From the NCBI RefSeq assembly GCF_006345805.1, contig NW_021836179.1:186001-250000 (forward strand): 64,000 nucleotides of DNA. The letters run 5' to 3'. A program made the position numbers and the translations under genes. Under the pieces are notes generated by a model. The model was given only the letters and a program-made list of their open reading frames with translations. It was not told the origin of the DNA and made no database searches. Each line of letters starts with the position of its first letter. The first letter of the stretch is position 1. The stretch comes from Octopus sinensis. Taxonomy: Eukaryota. Of this stretch, positions 45,945-56,900 are shown piece by piece.

Positions 45945-47925
45945 CAGGAGTGGCTGTGTGGTAAGAAGCTTACTTCCCAACCACATAGTTCCGGGTTCAG
46001 TTCCACTGCGTGATACTTTGAGCAAGTGTTTACTATTATAGCCTCAGGCCAACCAAAGACTTGTGAGAGGATTTGGTAGACGGAAATGAAAGAAGCCCGA
46101 TATCATCATCATCATCATCATCGTTTAACGTCCGCTTTCCATGCTGTCATGGGTTGGACAATTTGAGTGAGGACTGGCGAACCAGATGGTTGCACCAGGT
46201 TCCAATCTCATCTGGCAGAGTTTCTATAGCTGGATGCCCTTCCTAATGCCAACCATTCCGAGAGTGTACTGGCTGCTTTTACGTTACACCGGCACAAGGG
46301 CCAGCCAGGCGAAACTGGCAACGGCCAGGCTCAAATGGTGCCTTTTATGTGCCACCTGCACAGGAGCCAGTCCAGCAGCACTGGCAACGACCTCGCTCGA
46401 ATCATTTTTTGCGCCACCAGCACAAGTGCCAATGAGGCAATGCTGGTAATGATCACACTCAAATGGTGCTTTTCATGTGCCACCAGCAAGGGAGCCAGAC
46501 AGCTGCTTTGGCAATGATCACACTCGGATGGTGCTGTTAGCGCTTCACTGGCACGGGTGCCAGTCATCGAATTTGGTTCAATTTTGATATATATATATTT
46601 ATATATTTAAGGCGGCGAGCTGGCAGAGTGGTTAGCACGCCGGGCGAAATGCGTAGCCGTATTTCGTCTGTCGTTATGTTCCGAGTTCAAATTCCACCGA
46701 GGTCGACTTTGCCTTCATTCTTTCGGGGTCGATGAATTAAGTACCAGTTACGCACTGAGGTCGATATAATCGACATAATCTCTTTGTCTGTCCTTGTTTG
46801 TCCCCTCTATGTTTAGCCCCTTGTGGGTAGTAAAGAAATATATATTTATATTATATATAAATGTGTGTATATGTTTGTGTTTATGTTTGTCCCCCAGCTT
46901 CGCTTGACAACCGATTTTGATGTGTTTGCGTCCCTGTATCTTAGCGATTGGCAAAAGAGACTGATAGAATAAGTATTGGGCATACCAAAGAATAAGAACT
47001 GGGGTCCATTTATATTTAACTACAGGCGGTGCTCCAGCATGGCTGCAGTCAATTGACTGAAACAAATAAAGGAATACAATATATACATTATATATATATA
47101 TATATATATACATATGCATACATAACATATATATATATTATGAGAGACACATAAAGGGGAATGGTAATGTGGGAGGTGACAAGAATTAGAAGCAGTGGGG
47201 CAAGGGCAGAAGAGTGGCTGTGTGGTAAGAAGCATGCTCGCCAACCACATGTCTCTGGGTTCAGTCCCATTGCATGGCACATTGGGAAAATCAAAACCTT
47301 GTGAGTGGATCTGTTAGACGGAAACTGAAAGAAGCCTGTCATATATATTTATGTGTCTCTGTTTGTCCCACCAACAGAGCTTGACAACCAATATTGGTTT
47401 GATTACATCCCCGTAACTTAGCAATTTGGCTAAAGAGACCAATAGAATAAGTATTGGTCTTAGAAAGAATAAGTCCTGAGGTTGATTTGTTTGACTAAAG
47501 GCAGTGCTCCAGCATGGCCACACTCAAATGACTGAAGCAAGTACAAGAATAAAAGAATATATATATATATATATATATACACGTGGCCTTACTTGTGCCC
47601 GGGCTAGTAGGGTGCTAAGAGCATCATCCAAGCGTGATCGTTGCCAGAGTGGTTGACTGGCTTCCGTGCCAGTGGCACGTAAAAGACACCATTCGAGCGA
47701 GGTCGTTGCCAGTACCGCCTGACTGGCCCTCCTGCCGGTGGCACGTAAAATGCACCCACTACACTCTCGGAGTGGATGACGTTAGGAAGGGCATCCAGCT
47801 GTAGAAACTCTGCCAGATCAACATTGGAGCCTGGTGCAGCCATCTGGTTTGCTAGCCATCAGTCAAAATCGTCCAACCCATGCTAGCATGGAAGGCAGAC
47901 GTTAAACGATGATGATGATGATGAT
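45945..47925. mobile_element. Pile of SINEs from three families
   Basis: (TA)n-core pieces, RTE-tailed SINEs with internal arrays (46100-46590, 47590-47925), and a Nin SINE at 46610-46842. Confidence 0.82.
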
Positions 47926-50900
47926 GATACATAATACATATATATATTATATATATACATATATATATATATACACATACACACATAATATATATATATG
48001 TTTATGTAAAAGAAGGGAAATGAAATGTTGAAGTTGATATTTAAAAGGAGACAGTGAATGAGAGAGAGAGATGAAAGTAAAAGGGGACATATGAAGGATA
48101 TAAAATAGGAAAAGTATGGTTGTTGTTGTTATTGTTTATTATGATGATGATGATGATGTAGGTGGTGAGCTGGCAGAACAGTTAGCATGCTGGGCAAAAT
48201 GCTTGGCAGCATTTTGGTTGTCTTTACGTTCTGAGTTCAAATATTGCCGATGTCAACTTCCATTCTTTCAGGGTCGATAAAATAAGTACCTTTCGAGTTC
48301 TGGGGTCGCTGTAATCAACTTACCTGCTCCCCTGAAACTGCTGACCTTGTGCTAAAATCTGAAGCCATTCTTATTATTATTAATATTATTATTACTCGTT
48401 TGCCGCTACAGTCTGAGTTCAAATTCCACCAAAGTCGACTTTGCCTTTCTTCCTCTCGGGGTCAATTCAATAAGTACCAGTTACACACTGGAGTTGTGCA
48501 ACTGGTACTTATTCCACCAAATTCCACAAGGTTGACTTTACCTCTCATCCTTTTCTGATTGATAAAATAAGAACCAGATAGGGGCTGGGTCTGATGTAAT
48601 CAACTAGTCCCCTCACCCGAAATTTCAGGCCTTCTTCCTATAGTAACAAAGGATTATTATTATTATTATTATTACTGTGACGAGCTGGCAGAATTATGTG
48701 GATGCAAAGCAGAATTTTGACCATCTTTACATTCTGAGTTCAAATTCCACCAAGGTTGACTTCGCCTTTCATCCTTTAGGGATTGATGAATTAAGTTCTA
48801 GCTGAGTACTGGGGCCCCCCTTCCTTGAAATTGCTGGCCTTGTGCCAAAATTCAAAATCACTTTTATTATAATAGAAATATCGTAAAAAATAGGGATTTT
48901 CATAGAAGGCTAACAAACCTGCCATACACAGACAACTTCAGCTTTAATATAGAGAGATAATTAGGGTTCAGCTAACAGCTTCACCACATCCCGAAATTAG
49001 AAATGGGAGTTAAAAATTCCTTTTCTACTACTATAAGAATCTCCATGACGGTAAACATACTTTTTACGAAGGCAAAGAGAAAGACAATGAATCAACATGA
49101 CCAGAATTAATTATATTCGTGTTTCGAGATTAAAGTAATTTGAATTTTACTTACTTCTCTCTTCAGTATAATATTTCCAATTTTTATACAGTTTCAAAGT
49201 GCTATGACTGAATATGTACACAATCGAGCCTAATTATAATTAAATGGATAATTTTACCTATAAAGGTAATTTTAACGTACCGATTGACTTAGTAAAATTG
49301 TTAATTAATTAATTAATTAAATAATTAATTAAATTACTGTGCTAGTTGGGTGCAAAGAGCACCATACGAGTGTGATCGCTGACAGAGCGGCTAACCGGCT
49401 TCTTTGCCAGTGGCACATAAAAGACACCATTCAAGTGTGATCGTTACCAGCGTTGGCTTACTGGCACTCGAGCCCCGTGCTAGTAGGGTGTTAAGGGCAC
49501 CATCCGAGCATGATCGTTGCCAGAGCGGCTATCTGGCCTCCATGCCGATGGCACGTAAAACACACCATTCGAGTGTGATCGTTACAGCATTGCCTTACTG
49601 GCACCTATACCAGTGGCATGTGTAAAAGATTCGAGCGAGGTCATTGCCAGTACTGCCTGACTGTCCCCATGCCAGTGGCACGTAAAAGCACCCACTACAG
49701 TTAGGTGCTGGGGTTGATGTAATCGACTAGACCCCACACCCAAAATTTCAGGCCTTGTGCCTATAGTAGAAAGGATTATTATTATTATTATTATCTTCAA
49801 ATTATCACCAAAAAAAGATGGGGGCATGGCTGTAAGGTTAAGGAATTCACTTTGCAATCTTGTGGTTTCAGGTTCAGTCCCACTTTGCAGCACCTTAAAG
49901 AATTAATTTCTTCTAATGTTCCAGGTTGACTTAAGCCTTGTGAGTGGGTTTCGTACCTGGAACTGATAAAGCCTATGGTATATACATGTGGGTGTATATT
50001 CATGTATGCATATCTACATTTGTACTTATATGTGTATGCATTTATGTGTGTGTGTGTGTGCGTGCGTATGTCTGCTCATTCTCCTTGTTTTGACATCTGC
50101 TGCTAATTATAAACAAATGTCACGTCAAACAAACAGAGTCGTTTGTTTGCAGTGTTCCACCAGAAAACATATCCAACCATTGTGCTGTTCATGTTGGAAG
50201 AACTTGGGGAAATATTCTCTTGCTTGAAGCCAGCTGAAGATTGGTGACTCTCATCAAGTGTAGTCATAGACTTGACTGAGTGGAACTCACAAGAACCTGG
50301 CAAGAAACAAAACAAAATTATTAGAAGGAAAATACAGAAAAGAAAATACACCACCTGATGTATTATAAAGGTTTTGACATCCATTTTCCCTAACTGGCAT
50401 GGGTAGGACAGTTGACGAGGAAGCAGTGAACCAGAGGACATTGCTGAGCTCCAATGAAGATTTGGCAAGATTTCTACAGCTGGATGATCTTCTTAACACC
50501 AGATACACACATACACGTGTGTGTGTGTGTTATGCATGCATAAGAGTATATGAATGAATAAACATGGGTTTACTTATGTTTGATTGCACATCTGACTTTG
50601 TATGCTAGCATGGGTTAGATGAATATATTATTGTAGCCTTGTTTTACAGACAGACAGCCTTCCTATTGCTCACCCAAAACCATCTTGCAAGAACAAAAGT
50701 TCTTATTTCCCATGTCTTCCAAGGTGGGGGTGATTGGTTGACAGATGTTTCTGCTTGGAGCAACTTAAAAGAGATTGCAAACATAAACAAATGCACAGAC
50801 ACCTATGCGCACACACACTCAGCTCAAGTTCACTGCTTCCTGTAGCAGAAACAGCTGGAAGCTAATGAAGGTGTCTACGTAACTCTTGTTCTTTTGTCAT

Positions 50901-51539
50901 TCATTGATTCATAGCTAAAACATACATGGACACAAATATTTATACATGGGTATGTGAAGGTATATTCATATAGTTTCACACGTGCATTTATGTATATGTG
51001 TATGTATGTATATATCATCATCATGATCATTTAATGTCCTCTTTCCATGCTAGCATGGGTTGGGCTGATTGACTGAAGGCTGGTGAACCAGATGGTTGCA
51101 CCAGGCTTCAATCTTGATCTGGCAGAGTTTCTACAGCTGGATGCTTTTCCTAACGCCAACCACTCTGAGAGTGTAGTGGGTGCTTTTACGTGTCACCGGC
51201 ACGGGGCCAGTCACGCGATACTGGTAATGACCTTGCTCAAATCTTTTACACGTGCCAGTAACGCAATGCTGGTAACTATCAAGCTCGAATCGCGACTTTT
51301 ATGTGCCACTGGCACGGAAGCCGGTTAGCCACTCTGTCAACGATCACACTCGTATGGTGCTCTTTGCTCCTCGCTAGCACAGATGCCAGTCATCGGATTT
51401 GATTTTGATTTCACTTGCATCAACATGTCTTCGCAAGCAGAGTTTTAGTGTCCAAAGAAGGAAAAGGTATGCTAAATAAGTGGCTGGTTACACCCCTTGC
51501 ATAGACCACGAGGTTATGTTCTCATGTGGCTTGCCGAGT

Positions 51540-52400
51540 CTTCTCATGAACGGCATATTTCCAAAGTGTCTGTCACTATTTTTCCCTTGGTGAGGCCTAA
51601 AGTTCGAAGGTCATGCTTCACCACTTCATCCCAGGTTTTCTGGGTCTACCTGTTCCACAGGTTCCCTCAACCTCTAGGGTGTGGCACTTTTTCACACAGC
51701 TATCCTCATCCATTCTTGCAACATGACCATAACCAGTGCAGTCGTCTTTTGCACACCCCATCTGCTGCTTCTTAGGTCCCAACTTTTCTCTCAAGGTACT
51801 TACACTCTGTGTCGAGTATGCACACTGACATTACACATCCATCGGTGCATACTGGTTTCATTCCTTGCGAGCTTACGCATGTCTTCAGCAGTCACAGCCC
51901 ATGTTTCACTGCCATGTAGCATGGCTGTTCGTACACATGTGACATACTGTCTACCTTTTACTCTGAGTGAGAGGCCCTTTGTCACAAGCAGAGGTAAGAG
52001 CTCTCTGAACTTTGCCCAAGCTACTCTTATTCTAGCAGCTACACTTTCAGCGCACCCTCCCCTGCTACTGACTTGGTCACCTAGGTAATGGAAGCCATCA
52101 ACTACTTCTAGTTTTTCTCCCTGGAATGTGGCGGAAGTTGATCTCTGCACATTTTCAGTATTTATAGCTCCCGAGCATCTGTCACACACAAAAACTATCT
52201 TCCCAGTTAGCCTTCCTTTGATATTGCTGCACCTCTTATGTGCCATAGCTTACACTGGGTACATCTTAGATTTTCTTCTTCTACCTAAACCTCTACTACA
52301 GATCGCAGGGTCATCTACCTGAGGGATTTGTGGTTTGTTGCCTTCCCACTTTTAGGATTTTGGTGTTTTAGCTAGGTTGACTCTAAGGCCCTTTGATAAT
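51540..52400 (-). mobile_element. RTE LINE fragment with PHD-like insert
   Basis: KGLRVNLAKT..HKRCSNIKG..FVCDRC..LEVVDGFHYLGDQVSSRGGCAESVAARIRVAWAKFRELLPLL..LHGSETWAVT; same family as 14270-14830. Confidence 0.87.
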
Positions 52401-53937
52401 ATATATATATATATATATTATATTTAGCAGAAGTAACAAAGTGACCAAAATTCGAAAGTTTCGTTAATTAGCATTTATCAAACTGGTTCTTTGAAGGTAT
52501 ATTCCCAGACCTCCAAACACCACTTTGATGAGTGTCAAATTTCTTGGATCTTGAGTCCCTACTGTCACGCCCCTATCACCCCTACCTCTATCTTTCATCT
52601 CTCAATCACTCTCTCTTCTTCTTTTTACTCTACTATCTTACTGCTGTGACAAAGATTGGCAGTAAATCTCTTCTCTTCACCATTCTTCCAATGCAACTAG
52701 GGATGTTACTGGACCCACCTGAGTCTCTCCCCAAAACTCAGCCACTCCTTTTCATATTATACATATATATGTATGTGATCCTGAAGAAGGTCTCTTTTAT
52801 TTTTCATTCCTCCTGGGGTCAATAGAGTAACAGTCTATTGATCCCAGGAGCGGTGGAGGATCATTCTGATGATGATGGTCACCAGAATGTCATTAAACAC
52901 CCCCACCAATATTTCCTAATCCACCTCATTGAACCCCCAATACTTCATAATAAACTACACCAGTTATAACTCCTCACCTAATACAACACAAAACACACTT
53001 CACCTGCCAAACCCCTTTTTCATACAAACACATCTTTCTCATTGCTACCCAAACATCGTCTCTGAATTAAATATAATTAAGAAGAACCTACCTTTCATTA
53101 ATGGGCTTATTCATTAACCAATCTTTATGATCTCAATCAGCGACAAATAATAACGATCCTCTCAACATGCTGTCTATCAGTGTATTATATGAAAGCCCAC
53201 CTTTGGATAAGCTTTCCGAGTTAATCAATGTTGTGTATGATAATTGTGTGGATTATATTGAAATGTCGAGAGATTTACAGCATTTGTCAGGTTAAGAACA
53301 GTTTCATCTCCAGCTTTATTGGTATCTGTAAATCCAGGTAAATATGATGGAAACCAAGCCAACCATGACTGTCCATCATTTTCAGTACATATAATCATTA
53401 GTAATACTTATATTCCATCTAACTAGCAAAATGTTCAGTCTGTCTTGTATCTGACAAATGTCTATGAAACATAATAAAGTCTATGTTTTGCTAATTGTTC
53501 CATGTTAACGAAGTTTGAACATGATTGCTGTGTGTTGGGACATAATATAGCATGTATACCAATTAAAGTTAATTTTCTCTACGCTTAGAGTCTCGTTATT
53601 GAGTGCTTTTGGAACAGGGAATCTCTTTGACTAATTATCGTTAAATAAATCTAAGCCACACATGACTATTTCTTTGTGATGTTGAGAGCAAATATCATTT
53701 CCAGTGAAAATAATTATTTCTAATATTTCGACTCCATGTAATTAATGAAACTTATTAATACATCTTAGAATAGATTGTAATAAGTTGTTTAAATATTAAT
53801 TAGACAGATTAATTCCCTGACAGAAATACATAAATGTTTTGTTTGTGTTTTTCAAATGATGAAGCAAACATCATCTCCCTGAAACTTAATATTTTCACAA
53901 AGCTAAATGTTTTCCTTATATTCTTTACAGATTCACT

Positions 53938-56900
53938 ATGGAAGACCAGACTGAAAATACTTTAAGGAAACTTATGCCTCAGAAATGGGCTTTGAGTTAC
54001 TCAACACCAAAATGGGATGAAGAAGGAGTTGACAATAAAAGGGGTAAATACGAGGAAGATGATGGTTCAAGGAGAAGTGATGAAGGATATTGTAGTGTTA
54101 GTTCAGAGAGAGAATCAGCAGTGAAGGCCATATCTGTGGCAAGACTCAACACACATGGAGACAAAGAAAGCACAAAAGAAACTGAAAAACAAATAGTTGT
54201 TAAAATACAGAGGATTCGTCTTCAATATGATTGCAGCATGATGTTTATGGAGCATATAATTAAGGAGAGCAAACATTATGAAAGTCTGGGGTTAAGTGCC
54301 AATTGTATTTTAGAAAAGGTCAAAGAGAGACTTGGAATTTTGCTGAAATATACTAAAGAACAGAATATTTCTATTGAGCAGGACCTCGAATGGTTTCAAC
54401 AAAGACTCTTTGACATTTATGTCACCTGTAACCCATACAACCACAAGACCATTGAACCAGCAAAAGTAACCACAAAATTTCGGCCGCTTCAGCCAGTTGT
54501 GACCAGAGAAGCAAATATTGAGGAATCTGGAGAAGAATTTGAAGAAATCCCAATAATATCCAATATTGTCATCATAGAGGAGGGAGTGATGACATATTCC
54601 CACCTTTGTAAGACAATAAGTTTAGTAACAAGAGACAGTGACAGAATTGATGTCCATTGTCCATCTTCTGTGACCAGTTTCACCAGAATCAGTGAAGACA
54701 TGGTTCTGGCAACCCTCCCATTCCAAAAATGATTCTTATTATCAGCCCCAAAACCTTCAAGATCAAAAGGATACAGTTGGGGTTACATATGGTGAGTTAC
54801 TTGGAAGATTCTACACTTATAGGTGTAGAAATGTTTGGTAAGATAGTTTACCAATTTGATTGGGAGGATAATACCATAAACTATCAATTTATTACCAAAG
54901 AAACCCCTACAGATATTGCTGTAGGGGTCCAGAATATACTTGTAATTACATTCGCCAGCATCAACAGAGTAATCTGTTACAAACTGGATGGCCAACAGTT
55001 ATGGGAGGTAGAGACCCATTCTCTGCACCTCCCAAGTAAAATCTCTCTCTACCAAAATTATTTCTATGTCCTCCAGGGACAAATAATTTATAGGATTTCA
55101 GCTAAAGGTGTGTAACAAGGAGGGACATTGGCAGGAAATGCCGCTCTATTTCTGTTGGTAAAGATACCATTTTGGTTACAGATTATTGCAGCAAACCACA
55201 TGGTATTCAAATGAGTAAAGACTTTTGGCCCAAACTGTCATACAACCACCAGCTACATACCCCCAGTTTAAAAGACTATATTGATATTGAGAATTGCTAC
55301 AACATTACAAATATTCTACCTATGTCTACATCTTCTATATTAATAATTTACAAAAACAAGAAAGCTAAATTATTCACTGATAACGGGGAAATAATTAACC
55401 AAAATAATTCAGTTTTCCTTGAGCTTCCTTCTTTCTGTTGTAGAATAAACGCAAACAGATTCCTGGTATTTTATCGTGAAAAGAAAGGATTTCAGTATAT
55501 CACCTGTCCTGAACTAAGAAAAGGCCCTTTAATAAAGGTGCAAACTGATTACATGAAAATATGTCATATTGTATCAAATAAGTGTCTGGCTGTGACCACA
55601 ACTGAAAACAAAAGCGAGGTCCATATCCTCTTGATCAACGAAGATAAAGTTGACATTGCAGAAAGAATTTCTCTGGGACATCATAATGTCAGCATTGCTG
55701 CAACTCCAATTAATTTTGTAGTCGTAGATGGAAACGAAAATAAAATGGTATTTTATTCCACATGTGGTGAAGAACTTTTTCAAAAATACCTTCCATTCTA
55801 TGGCTACCCTCATCACATCTACTCTGATAATGTTTATTTCTATGTCCTCTTCAGGAGACACTCTATTCTCATATGTTACGATCTACATGGACAAATAAAA
55901 TGGCAGTGGGAACTGCCTTTCCCTGTTCACCCTCACATTGCTGTTTTCCAAGGAACTCTTTATGTCCCAGACACTCAACTCAACAGGGTTCTTCTTTACA
56001 AGTATCAAGACCGGTCATCTGCCTGCCTTTTACCCATTAAAAATCCTTATATCAGAAATCTAAATCTACGTCTCAAAGAAAAGGAGAATGACCAAAAACT
56101 TGTCATTGGCGAAATATGTAATCTGGCCAATGGACAGTTGGTGGTATCTGACATCAACCATGATTGCTTGTTGTACATTTCTGAGGAAGGAGACATTGTG
56201 TCCAGATTATCTCTGCCGTCTACAGCCACAGATATATGTCGATGGGATTCTAATCATATAGGGGTCACATTACCCCTACAGAAACAATTAAGGGTCATTG
56301 GAAACCTATCAAAGAGAGTGAGAAGTGTATCATTAAGGCAGCCTTATGTACGGATGTGTAAGATGGGTGAAGGTGAAATTATTTGTTATTGTGATAAACC
56401 ATCACATTTAGACATTTTAGCCATCAATTATTATAATCAAGTCGAAGTAATTAAGACAATTAATATCCCTGTGTTTGTGAAATCATTATCAATAGACAAG
56501 AAAACAGAAAAGCTATTAATTGTTACTAGGGAAAAAGCTTTTCAGTACAACACTAGAATAGGTGGTGGTGGTCATGGCGGTGATGGTAGTATTAGTAGTA
56601 GTGATGGTATGGTTTCCAGTGATTCAGAGACCAAAACAGAAGCTTTCTTCAAGGACATTAGTGGTGGTGGTCATGGCGGTCATCAGATGGTCCCCAGTGT
56701 TTTAATGTCCCAAGTGAAACGTCCCCTCAGTCTCCAAGGTGGATCTATTGACCAAACGTCTGTTTATCTGATAGACAGAAGCTGTATGTTTGCAATAAAC
56801 GATCAGAACTTGTTGGTTACTGATCTCGTTACTAATAATCAACTTAATTATTATATCGACCTGGTGGATGTATTTTCCAGAAACATTTCTCTCAGTGAAA

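Noticed and set aside
52920-53120. Mitochondrial insertion (NUMT)
   Set aside because: Strand-skewed composition only; no recognisable mitochondrial gene in any frame.
53938-55172. Prokaryote-style operon with translational coupling (ATGA overlap)
   Set aside because: The pieces join mid-blade into one continuous protein; the context is eukaryotic, with a splice acceptor and no Shine-Dalgarno site.
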